Shown in pieces: positions 1 to 20,959 of a DNA stretch of 64,000 nucleotides (position 1 is the stretch's first letter; every line of letters begins with the position of its first letter). A program made the position numbers and the translations under genes. The DNA is from Paramecium tetraurelia (lineage: Eukaryota), in the NCBI GenBank assembly GCA_000165425.1, contig CT868096.1, positions 434,001-498,000 on the forward strand, read 5' to 3'. The notes below the pieces were generated by a model. That model was not told where the DNA came from and made no database searches. It was given only the letters and a program-made list of their open reading frames with translations.

Positions 1-2011
1 AAGCTTTTGAATCTAAGCCCATTTAGATTGGGATTGAAGAGGGTAGACTCTTATGCATCTTCTAAAATTTTAGAAACTTCTTTATTGAGTTTATGTCTTC
101 GGTTGACATTAATATTATTGTTTGAAATAAAAAATATCATCTGTAAAATTATATTTATCATTCCTTATTGATACTTCTCATTTCTAAAGGTATATTGAAT
201 GGTCCTTTGAATTTATGAAGAATGCAATTATGATAAGTTATACAATTTTTTATTAATTTAGTTCATCTATAATACTATATATATCATTGTTTTGAATCTT
301 CATTATCCCAGATGTTATCCCCTTCAAATACCTCTCCTTATTCTTAATTCTCCTCTTCCATAGCTAATCTAACATATTCCTGGTATGCAAATCTATCCCA
401 ATCAGTAAAATCTGGATGATCAACTATGTCATTTCTTACTTGAAATGGGTCTCTATTTTCATAAGCAATTAATTTATTTAAATTGGTCAAGAAATTGAAG
501 AACACTCCACAAACAGTCAGATTCTATTTGAAATGACTTAATTTAAAGAGGATATCATTTTCAGGATGTAGAAGATCAACCATTTAACAAACAAAATCAT
601 GGAATAAAATAGGTTCATGATTTAAATAATCCATTCTCTATTTCAGTTCCTCATAAAAGTAATCCATCTCAAATCCTGTAATAATTCCATTGTCATCCAG
701 ATCAATAATCTTGAACCAATATTCTATGGATTATATAGTAGTCTTATCTTCTTCACATAATATGAAGTAAATGAAATCCTCATAGGACATCTTCTAATCT
801 ATTTAACTTCTGAATCTACGGAGGAATCTGATCAAATATTCTATCGACAACTTTACGACTTAGACCATGACTGGAATAACGAGAGAAGTCTTCCTTGCTG
901 ATATGGAAATCGTGATCACCATCTAATTCCCAGAATTTGCAATAAATAACATAGAAATGTTCATATGAGAAATATTATCTGATCTAATATAGGAACTATG
1001 AAATAATACTTTGTTAATATCATCTTCCTTTCCCAATATATCCAAAATATCAAATAAGTTACTTGATTTGAAGTCACGCCATGTAATTTTATTGTTATCC
1101 TTTCGACATAAATGAAAGAATATTCTATGAATTACTGTGTCTGCATATCGTTCTTAAAATTCCGGTGTTGCTTACAAAAATTCCAACCCCGGATGCTATT
1201 CAAGTAAAACTATTTAGGAAAGAGAATGTAGTACTCTTCATGAAAGGTTTGAAATCATCAAATTAAATGAAGTCATTCTTTGGTTTTTTGAGAATATGAA
1301 AACACCTCTGTTTTGGTTCTTTTTATGCTAATTGCTAATTCCAATACTTGATAAAAGCGGTTTTACTAATTTTGTTGCCTGTACCTTCTACTGCTGTCAT
1401 TAGAATTCTTGTTAAGTATTTGCATAGACCACATAAATTTGTAGTGATCTGCTCAAAATGACTAGCGTCGATTTGTTCAGCTTTACCAAATATTTCGTAA
1501 ATAATTTTCTAAAACCCTATAAACATATGGATTATACATTCTATTCTTATTGTAATTATAAATTGATCTCTTATGTGGGGAAATAGAATTGTGGAACCAA
1601 ATCGTAATTTTATACCTCCTCTACATGAAGCTTTTTCTATATTATTTACGATTAGGTCAATGATTATGATAAATCATCTGGAATACGCTATTTAATTTCA
1701 TGAAATGAGTCTGCACGAGGAGGAGTTGAAGGACCTTAGCTTTTTTTGTTAGGTGAGCTTAAGAGTGCACTTTGTGACATCCCAGACATAGTCATCTTAT
1801 TTGTGAAAAATGCATTAGGTTGAGTAATTAGATTATTTTACTTTCCTTCCCGCACATCCTTTATCAGTTGATGTACTAACTTTTAAGTTTAAGGTAGAGT
1901 TAGCCATTTAATGAAGAGATCATCAACTCGAGTTTTGGCCAATTAATATCTAATATTCTAAGTAAGTGGGAAACCTGCTCCAACTCCTTCAGAATACGAT
2001 TTCTAAAGCAT
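1..2011 (-). CDS. Protein phosphatase 2A regulatory subunit B'' (EF-hand type); 3' end not resolved, may run off the window
   Basis: Ciliate-code translation gives [70 protein letters not shown] and WDRFAYQEY, all typical B''/PR72 motifs. ATG at 2011; short introns present. Confidence 0.9.
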
Positions 2012-2039
2012 AAAATAATTAAAATATCTTTTTAATTCT

Positions 2040-4114
<2,075 letters not shown>

Positions 4115-4715
4115 TAATTATAAATAAAATATATATGATTATTTAAAACCACTTAAAACTGAATTTCTAATATATCTTTATAACGAGTAATTAATACCTT
4201 GTTTTACTTTGAAAATGACTATTTGATATAATTATTTACAAATTATCTATTTCATTAATAAAGCCTATATTTATTTTAGATGAATAATTAATTCTATTTA
4301 AAATAATATTATAGTTTCTGTGTTATTAAATACAATAAAGAAGAATAGAATACAATAACCTAATACAATAAGTATTTTTCTAACTTCATTTAAATAACTA
4401 TATCAATATTTGTTATTATTTTATGCAAATATAATAGTTCCATTTGTAAATTTACAACTTTGATGTAATAACTTAAACTAAAAAGCCATCAAATTGGATT
4501 TTATCAGAAAAGCTGAAAAATACAAAATCAATTTTATAGACAATTCCACTAAAAATTTGGCAATAATGTTCTTGGAAAAAGTTAAACTGCAAAATTTATA
4601 TTGTCTTAATTGGGTGTTAGAATGACTTTTATATAAATTAAATCGTTAGAATAAGCGAATCTAATTCGAAAAAGAATAAAATATTTCTTATATTAGTTAT
4701 TTATTATTATCACTA

Positions 4716-5496
4716 ATGAAAATTAATGAACGTTTGTAGTTCTAATCAAAGTAAGAGGAAATTAATTTGGATAAGGAGGTCTCTGAGATTGCTTAAAGAA
4801 TCATGGAAAAAGTTCAATAGAGATCAACTGCTAAGTCAGGTCAAAAGGAGTTGCCTTCTTAATATCTTAGAGCAAGTGATTACTAGGCTAGAAAATTGTT
4901 CCAAAGCTATTAAATTGAAATTAGAAGACAATCTGAGAAGGTTACTAAAGGGCCAAGTCAAGAGATGAGGAGAAAAGAAGAAGCTCTTCTTTCTGATTTT
5001 AAAGTCAATAAATACGAGAAGCCTTAAGAGTTGATCCGTTTTGAGAACTAATTAAGAATGGGAGACTTAAAAACACCTTTAAAAAGTCCAGTTTAGCCTA
5101 ATGATTAAAGACATAATGATATACATTAAAAGACAGTTAAATTGAATAATTATGAGAATATTGGTTTTTAAGAACAGAAAAGTGAGAAAATGAAGTAGAT
5201 CTAAATTATGTATAAAATTAACTTTAGTTTAGGAATGAACATAATCAGTAATTAAATTATCAAATGCACTAACTTAGCAGTAGAAGAATTTCATCACCAA
5301 AACGAGATCAATTAAAATTTGATAGCAATTTACAAACTAAATCTTCTTTGAGTTTTAAAACTACTTAATTATAAACTCCGGTTTCTGTCTCATTCAAATA
5401 ATAAGATATAGTAACCCAACTATTGGGAAGCTTGAAGAATTAAAAAAGAAACTAAGGAGATTATTCTACAAAACGATGAAAAGCTTAATCTTTTGA
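4716..5496 (+). CDS. Hypothetical protein, Q/K/E-rich
   Basis: Open frame MKINERLQFQSKQEEINLDKEVSEIAQRIMEKV...; likely ends KKKLRRLFYKTMKSLIF-TGA. No domain recognised. Confidence 0.55.
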
Positions 5497-6938
5497 CTTT
5501 TAAACGATATAAATTTTACTTAATTGTTAATAAAATAAAATATTTATTAATAAACTTATTTTCTTGAAAAATTATTATTTTCACAAATTTAAAACTAGTA
5601 CTCTACCTCAAGCCCAACCTTAAAAAGACTCACTCAAAATTCTATGATATCTTTAAGGTTTCAATTCTGAGAATATGTAGATAATAGATAAATACCTAAT
5701 GTTGTTTTTAATTTTATGGGATGTCGAGCAGGTTTACTAAGACCATCTTTCTTTTTATATCCATTCTTATTGTCGCACCAAAGAAATGAACAATCAGTTG
5801 CTCGGCTTGTAATAAATAAGGAATTCGAATAAAGTTCCTTCTAACATTAAATTCGGAATTATTATTTTTTTGGGCGTTGTATAATGTCTTTGCTAAGTTT
5901 GATATACATTTTACAATTCGATTTTTGGCGATTACTTTGAAATGTATTGATTTTTTTTCGGGTATTTTAATGAATAGTCTACCCTTTTTTAGAGTTCTTA
6001 CAGAGAGTTAAATGTTGCTATATGATGTTAATGTGAATCACTTTTCTGAAACTCATATTATAAATATTATTGTTCCTTTTTTAACTGTTCATAATTTATG
6101 ACAGGAACATTTGCTTTAAAAATTGGGCCAATACGAAACCTATTTTATGTAAAATTCATTAATTTATTAATAAATGAAATAATATTGAGCTTTACTTTTA
6201 ATTAAAAAAAAATGGGAAATTACGAATTCTAATGATCATTTAAAAGCTAGAATTATTTTAGTTGTATATAAAAATGTTTTTCTACTGATCATTCTGTTGT
6301 GTTGGAAATAGAATTATTTAATGTATTGAACATGAGCATACACTTATACGAAAATTGTAAATTAATCAAGATAAGATATTATATATTATGGATTATAGAA
6401 AAAGGCAAATTGAAGAAATATAAGAAAATAAGATTGCATTTTTTGTTATAAAATTTAAAAATCCTCAATATTTGTTTATTCTTAAAGATGTAACAAATAT
6501 ATTTAATTAATAATATTTGTTAAGAAAAACATAAATCTACATAGAGTAGATGAATTATATATCCAATTATACTGTTTTTTTTAATTATTCTAAACTATAG
6601 ATTATATAGTGAAAATTAAAATAACTAATTAAAATATTACATATCTATTGGGAAAACATAAATTCTAAAGAAAATTAATTTCTTTTTAATTTTTGATATA
6701 TTAAACATAACGATTTCAATCTTACTCTATTATTAAGTCGATGTTTGTGATTCATTCCAGTATAAGGGTTGTAAAAACTATGTATTTTTATATTACTTAA
6801 TTAAATATTTATCAACATGCCTTTTGTAATTGTATTTTTAATTTCTGATAGAAATTATAAATTTAGAAAGTCTATTAATATTCATTTTTATATTCTATAA
6901 GAATTACAAATATCATAGTATATAAAAAATAAGTTATT

Positions 6939-7625
6939 TCAAGGATCAGAATCATCTGACAAAAGCAAACTCTAGACCTACCCTAATCTTTTAAAATAAC
7001 TTAATCGAGTCAAATTTTTGAGACATATTTATGAACTAGAATTAAGTTTTTGTAATAATTCCGAATATAGCATTTAAATTGTTAAGGTTTATTATCCTTC
7101 TCCTTATGAATTACATTTATTGGCTAACTTTTATAAATCTGAGTCATAATTATTATGTTTAGAATTTTTTGAACTGTGTTTTAGTTTTTTTAGAGAATTT
7201 TCAGGGTGTATATACTAGCATCTTGATCCATAATTGCACCATCCATAGTTTAAGAAATTTTTGCATGGTTTTGTTTTGTAGTTTTAATGTAGATGGGCTT
7301 TAGGTAATAGCTCAGATTAACCATGTGCATATGAACACTAAATAATTAACAAATAATAATACATTTGAGCCAAATTTGCAACTACCCGTAAGAGTAAAGT
7401 TTTTGCATAGTTCAGTCTTTTTCTTTTTAGTATATTCCTCTATGAACTATTTTTTTTCAAGAGAATTATTGAACTTCTTTTTGTTAGGTTTGACTCTAAA
7501 ATGATTATATTCTATTTTTACCCTATTTCGAATTCCTTCTCTTCTTCATCTGTACTACATTAATCAAATTAGATTTGAATATAATGGTCAATCTCTAATT
7601 TAATATTCTTAAAATTATGTTCCAT
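6939..7625 (-). CDS. Tandem CCCH zinc-finger (TIS11/ZFP36-like) RNA-binding protein
   Basis: KKTELCKNFTLTGSCKFGSNCSYAHG followed by YKTKPCKNFLNYGWCNYGSRCQYIH. Confidence 0.9.
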
Positions 7626-7720
7626 TATTTTTTGACTAAATTAATTATTAATAGAAAAAATTATTAAGATATGCTTTTTAATTTCAAAATATTTATTCTA
7701 TTAAATTTAAATCTATTAGA

Positions 7721-9796
7721 TCATTCGCTTATCGAATATAGCTCATTTATTTAATTAGCAAAAAATGCCTTAGCTTTGTGTCTCATCAACTTCAATGTAT
7801 TGCTTGTTAATCCATGTACAATAAAACTGATTGGCTCAAGGTATAGTTATTTTACATTCTCTAATCCGTTGAGTTTCTCCAATTTTCCCTAGAGTATTAA
7901 TAAATTTTACTTATCTAGTTACTTGATCTAGGAAATACTTTACAATGTCCTTATTTTTACATAATTCTTCAAAAGTTTAATTTAAACCAAATTGATTGCC
8001 TAGATTGAGTACAAATTATTTATCTGGGACAATGAAACCAATACAATAACTTTTTGAAGAGTCACCATAGACAAATGCTTCAGTTACTCCATTCACTCTT
8101 TAATAGATTCCTTCTATTTTTTCAGGTGCAATGTATTCTCCTTAGCTCAATTTGAATATATTTTTGACTCTGTCGATAATTTATAAGGCACCATTTGGTC
8201 GTATGACTCCTACATCGCCAGAATGGATCCATCCATCTTTATCAATCATTTCTTTTGTCTTTTCTTCCTCTTTGTAATATCCAGCAAAGATAGCATTGCC
8301 TCTTAAACCTAGGCGTTATATTTATATTTACAGATTTCCCCTCTTGGAGTTATTTAATTATTTTCATTAACATCAGTGCTATGATAATTCATTTCAGGAA
8401 CATCAATTACTTTAAATTCTATATTAGGAAAAACACCACCAACATGTCCACTGATTGAATCTTCAGCCTTAGTAATGAAGGATCCTCCACAACCTTCTGT
8501 TTATCCATATCCTTCAATGAAGGGTGCACAAATAACACATTTTAAAAAATCTATTACTTCTGCAGACATTGGAGCTGAACCTGAAAGCATATATCTAACT
8601 CTTCCCCCTAATGCTTCTTTGGTCTTATTGAATACCATGTTATCCCAAAATCTATGTTCTACATGACCTCCATTTTTAAGATAATATTATTTGCTTGATA
8701 AGGCTTATTCACATAGTTTTTTTTTGGCCCCTTGCAGACTTTCTAATTTTTGCTTAATAGTAGTATATATTCTGAAGTATAATCTAGGAACACTCATAAA
8801 AAGAGTTGGTTTGACCATTTAAAGATCCTAATTTAATTTTTGAACATCTCCTCCATACATACAAATTGTGCTTCCGTATCCCAATAAAGTGATGACAACA
8901 AATCTCTCTAATACATGAGGAAGGGGTAAATAACTTAAATAAACATCCTTCTAACTTACTACAATGCCTTGAAATACCACTCCTCCACTTACTGATACAA
9001 AGTTTTTATGCCTTAGCATAACACCTTTGGGCAATCCTGTTGTGCCTGATGTGTAACTGAAAGTAAAAATATTATTTTCAGTCACTTCAAAATATGCATG
9101 TACTTTAGCCTTTCCTGCTTAGATTACTTATTCATAAGGCATGACTTTGAGTCCTTTTTAATTAAACTTTTATTATGTATATAAAGTACTTTCTCAATAA
9201 TTTCTTAGCTTAACTCGTCAAAACATATTATATTTTTTAATGCATGATAATTTGATACTTTCAATATTGTCTAGGCGTTCGACTCAGAAATAAAGAGAGT
9301 ATTAAGCTAAGTTTATTCGAAAATATAAGGTAAACTTTCGAAACCCAAAGTTTCATACAAAGGAATCATTGTATTTCCATATAGAGTATTGGCTATATCT
9401 AGAATTAACCACTCTTCTCTATTTTTAGAAAAAACACCTATCATTTTTAGTTGCTAATCTTCGAATACCTCTGGCTTAGGAATAAGATTTAAGTTGATTA
9501 TACCTGATCCCAAATATCTATAATTAATGTAATTATTACTCAGCATCTTATTTTACTTCTTTGTATGTCATGTATTTGTAATGTTTACTATTCTATCCAG
9601 TAGTAATCTGCTTTCCTATACATCTATTTTCAGGATATAAACGACAAGCTCTTAAAAACATTCCTTGCACTGTCTTTTCTCCCTCAAAATTATCTAATAG
9701 TTTAGCAACATGGGTAGGATTTCTATAAACATTGCTTTCTCCTTCTTTTTTCTCTCCTACAGGTACTGCGTAAATCAATGACTATGCCTACCCCAT
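7721..9796 (-). CDS. ACSL: Long-chain fatty acyl-CoA synthetase (AMP-binding)
   Basis: [69 protein letters not shown]. Starts MGQAQS. Confidence 0.95.
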
Positions 9797-9923
9797 TTAA
9801 ATTTAATTATATATATCAATTTAAAAGATCTATCTTAATATATTACTAATTGTATAATTTTCTTAGAGAAACCGATGAGTTATATTATATTTTCGATCTA
9901 TACTAATTGTGATATTATATTCA

Positions 9924-13995
<4,072 letters not shown>

Positions 13996-14302
13996 TCAAA
14001 GCAAAATAAAAAAATTTATAAATAATTAAAAGCTAATATAAACTAAGTTTATTTTTATTTTGTATGATTAAAATCTGCGTCCTTATTTAAATTTATTGAA
14101 AATATATAAAATTATTTAAAAATTCTAGATTACTTTATTCTTCTATTATTCTAACCAATTATCTATTTTTAAAATAAAAAAGTAAAGAGTGTTAAAAATC
14201 AATTGAAAAAAACTATTTATATGTAATTTTAAATAGTCTAACAAACTATAGGGAAAATTACAATAAAAATATTCAAATAATAAAATTTTATAATTAGTTA
14301 AC

Positions 14303-16262
14303 TCATTAATTTTAAATCATCTCTTAAATTAATCTATCTCCATTGATTATATGGGTTGTACAAATTTTTATATCTTTTTCTAAGGAAATATTTAATTTAA
14401 TTACTGTAACGTAATCCTAACCAACGAATCGCTGCTACTTCCCCATATGTAATCCCTCCTACTATGTAGATGACATCAATTTAATTTTAACCTTCCTTAA
14501 CTTCTTCTCCTTAAAGTTGGTTTAATTTTTCAATGCATTACAAGTTCGCCAGGTAAATCTTTTAAGGCTTACAAAACTAATGGGCCCCCCATGTGTTTTT
14601 TGTGATAATTTCTTCAAATATTCGAACTCTCATTAATAAGTAAAAATACATTATTGGTGCATATGCAAGAAAAACATATGAAATATCCTCTGGAGCACAT
14701 GATCAACATCTTCATTAATCAGACGTAAAGGCTTTTCAATTTTTTCCCATATATGAGTATCATTAAGTTTTTTTCCAATTAACCCAATTTTTTCGCAGTT
14801 TTCAAGAGTGATTATGTGCTCAGTGCCATACATATGCAAAATTTCTATGCGATAAAAATCATAAAGTTTGGTCTTCATGCCATTCTAGATTTAATTGTAT
14901 AGACAAAATGATCGAACAACTTTAGTGATGGGAGCACCATAAGAAATAAGATTTTCAATCATTTATTCAACTTATGATGACTTAGTTTAAAGTATTGCAT
15001 GCACTTCTTAATTAATGCACATATTAAATAAAATGGATTCTAGCTATTTACTTAAATGTTGACTAACAATAAGATCTGTAATAGTGTAAATTATTACGGT
15101 CAAGAATAATATTTTGTTCTTTTGGTAGCATTCATAATTTGGTGAGATATTAATTCATATCACTCATATTCATTATATTATCTTATTATTTCATGGATTA
15201 AATCATCTATTTGTTATTCTATCTCCTTTCTTCAAGAACCCTTTGACATTACTTAATATTCATAATTTTTATTCTATTGTAATAAGAATCATTGAGTTTC
15301 ATCGTTTTTGGTCTGTCTTTTAAGGCTTAATCGTTTTTAATAATATCTAGATTGATGGAATTATGCTTAATTGAAAACACTTCATCAATCAATGTTTCAT
15401 ATGTGAAGGGAGTCAACATAGGAGTGATGAAATCTACTCTTCTGTCAATAATCAAGAGTGTATGCATTTTAGATTCCTTAAAACTAACTTCATCTTCAAT
15501 CAATTCTCCTTATTGCTTTTTTTATTTGAGTATATCGATGATATATTTAGAATAATTTCCTTTGGCATAAATATTCTTAAATTTGCCATGCACTAATTCC
15601 ATTCTTTGAATAGACTCAGCCACAGTTTACAAAATTTTCATATCTTGTCCAATATATAATGGCCAAAGGCAATTATTGATTTCCAAAGATAGCAAATCAT
15701 TAGCTATAGGTATTAGATCGAAATTAAAATTGGTTATGACTAAGTCACCCAAAACAGCCTCTTTTTCTAAATAATCTTTGCATACAATATTCATTCTAGG
15801 GCAGAAGATTAGTAAGTATTTTTTGTTCAAATTCTCAAGTTAATTGTTTCTAATGATTCTTACTATTCTTTTCATGTATTATCTATCAGGATTCACAAAA
15901 AATATAATCTAATTAACTTCTACATTCAATTAATCGGAATCAATGTAATAGATTTAATCAACATCATTTTCTTTCAGAATCTACATTGATTCAACAACCA
16001 AATTAAGCATGTCTGCAATAAATTAATCAATGACAAGCACCTTCTTGCCAACAAACTAATTTATATATAATATTAGAAGTCTTACTTAATTCAATTTATT
16101 GATTAGCTTTTTTCTCAAATACTTCTGATATATAGCAGTTTTAAAGGATGACTACTAGTCTTCGAATTGACTTAAGTTGACTTTTCCTGAATTGGAAGGG
16201 ATTCCACTCTGTTTGACTTTAGATGCCACTTATTCAAAGGAGTCTTTGATAAATTGGAACAT
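14303..16262 (-). CDS. VPS33: Vacuolar protein sorting 33 (Sec1/Munc18 family)
   Basis: KKVLVID, FDLIPIANDLLSLE, LIIDRRVDFITPMLTPFTYETLIDEVF, YIVGGITYGEVAAIRWLG. Confidence 0.9.
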
Positions 16263-16303
16263 TTGTTACTTCTGAATATTAATATTTTAACGATATTGAA
16301 ATT

Positions 16304-18367
16304 ATGCTGCAAAAGAAAGACTCTGATAAGGAAAACACTTCCTATAATAACAAAGATTCATAAAAACAAAGGGTGATTGGAGATTACTTATTAGGTTTGA
16401 TGTTTTTACTATTAGAGTTAAAACTCTTGGGGTAGGTACTTTTGGTTTAGTAAAACTTGGAGTGCATTAAATAACTGGAGAGAAAGTGGCCATTAAAATA
16501 TTGGAGAAAGAGCGTATTGTGGAGGTTGCAGATGTAGAAAGAGTGTCAAGGGAGATACATATTTTAAAATTGATTCGACATAGACATGTTATCTAACTAT
16601 ATGAGGTAAATTTAAACCCTATATATCATAGATAATAGAAACAAAGAAGCATATATTTCTGGTCATGGAATTTTGTGATAATGGTGAGCTTTTTGATTAC
16701 ATTGTGAAAAATGAAAAGTATGACTCTAGAATTTAATTAATTAGACTAGAAGAAGTTGAAGCTTGTCGAATATTCTAGGAACTAATCTCTGGCATAGAAT
16801 ATATTCACAAACTTAACATCGTCCATAGAGACTTAAAGCCAGAAAATCTTTTATTGGATCATTCAAATCAAATTAAAATTGTAGATTTTGGACTTTCTAA
16901 TACATACAAAGAAGGTGAATTACTTAAAACAGCCTGTGGAAGTCCTTGTTATGCGGCGCCAGAGATGATTGCTGGTCATAGATATCAAAGTATCTTGGTT
17001 GATATTTGGTCATGTGGTGTTATTTTGTTTGCAACAATTTGCGGTCAATTGCCCTTCGAAGATAAACATACAAGCGAGTTATACAAAAAGATTCTTAATG
17101 GATAGTATACAATACCATCACATGTCTCATAAGATGGTTAATCCTTTATTAAAGGGTTATTGAATACTGATCCCAAAAAAAGATTTGACATTGACTAAAT
17201 TAAATCTCATCCATGGTTTAAATTATATAAGAGAGTTCATTCAATACCATAAGGAATCATCATAGGATATAGTCGAATTCCAATTGATGAGGACATTGTT
17301 GAATAACTCGCTCAAAAAGGATATAGCGCTGATTATATTAAGAAATGCCTTGATGCTAATAAACACAATAATCTAACCACAGCCTATTTTCTACTCCTAA
17401 AAAAACATTTGATTAAAGGAGGCCAATCAACAGCTGATATCAATTCCTAAAATTTCAATGAAAAACTCTTAGAACCAGCTACTAGACCATCGAAACGTAT
17501 ATCTCTTTCTTAACTTAAAAGCTCCCATAAGCAATTTATTAGATAGTTAATTAATGAAAACATTAAAGCACAATAGATCAGGATCATGTCAAACTAATTA
17601 AAAATCACACACTTAAGGAAGAGGAATGTCTGTCCCTTAAGTCGAGGATATCAGATCAATCTATAATGGATCAAAAAATTATCAGAATTCTTCATTATCA
17701 ATCGAAGTAATCAATTTAATCAAATATCAAATAGGATCAGTCCTTTTTATTTGAAAGAAATAAATCTTTATCTTTCCAATAGAATAACCATAAGAAAATT
17801 CCTACTGATATATAAATCAATGATGTCTTAAATAAAACAACTTACGTAAATACAAGTAAGAGATCTTCTAATGCTTCGACTGTGTCCCCTGGACATTAAA
17901 ATAAATTGCTTTAATATTTGAGTAAAAATAAATATTTAAATATAGAATCTTCAACAAAAAACACTACTCCCACAGCAGTTAGGGGGAATTCTTAATCGAA
18001 AATGCCATATAATACTAAAACTACTAAAAACCAAAAAGTTTCCTATACAAATTTCGATAATAATAATAATTCTATGTTGGAAAAAAAGAAAGAAAATAAA
18101 CCAATAAATTTAGCTGACTCTACTAACATTGAAAGCAAAAAAAGATCTTTGCATATAGAAGGAGTAATAATAGAATTTTATTAGGTTTAGGATCTCTCAA
18201 TGCCTGCAAGTACTAAACCATAATCAATGCCATATCAATTATGGCTAAAGATGAATAGCAGAAAAGGATCAAGAGATTATAGCAGTGGAGGATCTAAGAC
18301 AAAAAAATCTAATGGCAGTGGTAAAACTAATATGAATCAGAGCTTTAACTTTGATAAGAGAGCGTGA
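16304..18367 (+). CDS. SNF1/AMPK-related Ser/Thr protein kinase (CAMK group)
   Basis: [42 protein letters not shown], followed by a UBA-like segment (NKHNNLTTAYFLL). Confidence 0.93.
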
Positions 18368-18515
18368 TTTCCTTCTACATAATTAATTTATTTTTTTCGA
18401 ATATGTATTTAATAAGTTCTTTATGTAAATAGAAGCAGTAGAATTAAGATAACTGTATGATAAAAGCAAATACTAATCTATTATTAATATACTGACGAAT
18501 AGCTATTATTTTTGC

Positions 18516-18970
18516 TCATTTTTCTACTTTTCCAAGCCATAAAGCCAAAAGTGACTTTCCTTTTACTGCAATAATCTTAAATCTGACCCCTGGAATATCT
18601 CCGACTGCATGTCCCTTTCTACCGAATCCAGCGACTGTAACTTCATCATTTTCATTTAAAAAGTTTAAGCAACCATCCTTAGGAACGAAGGCTGATATTT
18701 TTTTACCATTCTTTTTCAATAATACTCTAACACACTTTCTGACAGCAGAGTTTGGTTGTTTGGATTCACTAAATGGAGTTTATAAAATTAAATTTACACT
18801 CCGATTTTTTCAACAACCAATCCCTTAGCATGTGATGCACCCATAAATGGATTCTTATATCTTGATCCAATCATAGCCTTATTATATTCCTTATCAGCCC
18901 ATCTGTTAACTCTTCTGTGATCTTTGAGCTTTCTTCCTGCTCTCATACCTCTGGGTTTACCAACTCCCAT
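18516..18970 (-). CDS. RPS23: 40S ribosomal protein S23 (uS12)
   Basis: MGVGKPRG...[15 protein letters not shown]...[18 protein letters not shown], with one 29-nt intron. Confidence 0.98.
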
Positions 18971-19062
18971 GATTAAAAGATTTTAATTAAATTATTTAAA
19001 TTTTCATAATATGATTAATACAATATAAAATTGCATTCGATATATCTCAAATAAACATATCA

Positions 19063-20083
19063 TCACAATTATTTTCTGTCGTTATATCCTGAATTTCTAA
19101 CAACAGAATTTCTCCCACTGTTGTTAGTTCCATAAGTACTATACCCTTCAGGAGCTATAGTAGCCCCTTTGATACTACTTGTTTCAAATTAAGTTGTCAA
19201 CGCAGTACCAGATGGCCCAGTCCTTTTAATTTCACTTTCTTTTGTTACTGTAACCTTGCTATTTCTCAAGGCTTCTAATTATGTTTCAGCCATTGTAAGT
19301 TTTTCGGATATATCTGAATTGATTTCTTTTTCCATAATTCTACCTCCCCTTACATAGAAATAATTTACTATTCTGATTATAAGAAACTCTCTAATTACAG
19401 TTCCAATGCTCTTATTCTTTGGTACAGCGATTCAAGTTCATTGTCTTTATCATTCATGAGTAGTTTGAGTTTATGAATTTCATGATCCTTAAATTCGTTT
19501 TGTTCTTAAGAATTTTTAAGGTCATTTGTTAAGCTGTCTTAAAGTTAATGATAGATATTTACTAATTTTCTTTTTAAGGAGTCTTATTTCATCATCTGCT
19601 CCTTGATTTTTGGAATTAGATTTCTAAATACTGCATTTTGTTTTCCACCTCGAGTCCATGTCATCCATTGTGACAACTTGTAAAGGCCTTTCTTAATGAT
19701 GCACTTCAGCATTATTTGGTTATGTAGGTGCAATCCTAACAGAGGGAGTGATTAGAAGAGGTTGCGACTATGTGATGCTTTGGGATACAACAGATGTAGT
19801 AGCAATTTGTCTAGTAGAAAAGGGGCTTCCAAAATAATAATGATAATATACTCTATTCCAATGTTTTGAGATGAATACTATTATATTTAGGGCTACCTTA
19901 GCTAAGGACTACATAATAAAGAAGTGATTTTCCTTATAATAGAAAGTTTCAGTTTAGCTTATAGATCCTTATTGGCCTATTCTGGGTTTTTTAATTAAAT
20001 TGGATGATTAATTAAGAACTGATTGAATTTGAGAATGATTGTACCCTGCTTAGCTATGAATAATTATTATAATATTACTCCAT
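19063..20083 (-). CDS. Hypothetical protein with a central coiled coil
   Basis: Long frame with VVTMDDMDSRWKTKC and heptad E/K/Q/L stretches, ending NSGYNDRKQL-TGA; several small introns. Confidence 0.6.
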
Positions 20084-20959
20084 TATGAATTAGCTGTTAT
20101 TAAATAAATATTAATGTAAAAGCATTTCTCTTAAAGTTTGGTTCAAAAGATTATCATAATTTTAACAAATTATGATAAACACATCATGTTTGATTGTGAT
20201 GAACACTAGAAACATTGTGCAAAAAAGTTTAAGATTTTTCAGTTTGTGGCAGTTTATTTACCTAGTTAAATCGAGACGAAAATATGTCAATTTGATGTTA
20301 ATCACATTTTTTATCTTATACAAAAATGCCGCTTTTTTTTTTTTTTATACCTCAGAGCATTATATGGCTTTGATTTTTGTAATTGTATTTTGTGATCGAT
20401 TTGAAGTGACTGTTGATAATTCAATTTATTTGACTTATATATAAATATGTATGAAGTGAAATCTTAAAATGTCTCTGTAGTTTACATTCAATATTACATT
20501 TTCTAGCTGATAGATCGCTTGGGGGCCTGTATTGATTGATTATTTGGACATTGATATATTTTAGAAATTCCTTACTATCATTTTCAGAGATAGAAAAAGA
20601 ACTAAAAAAATTTCTCTGAATCATGCTGATTAGTTTTGATGGGCTTTCTTGCTGTATATTTGCATTAGAAGAAAGCTTAGGAAACAACTAATGGTAATGC
20701 AGAACTATATTTAATATTAGTATATTTTCACCCTTTAGATGAAATTATCCTCAATTTTGAATGCATTTAATTAATTGATAGAAACCTTTTGCTGGGTGTT
20801 AGATTAAGGCTAAGTATATAGTTTAATAAATTTAATTATTTAATAATATTATGCAGAAACCAATTCATTATTAAGAATAAATGTAATAAAAAATAGCATA
20901 CATAAGGTAATATAAAATCAGGGGTAATCTATTGTGAGTGTAATTAATTTATATATTAA

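Noticed and set aside
5590..6900. Possible small gene(s)
   Set aside because: Only weak frames with no motif; cannot be supported.
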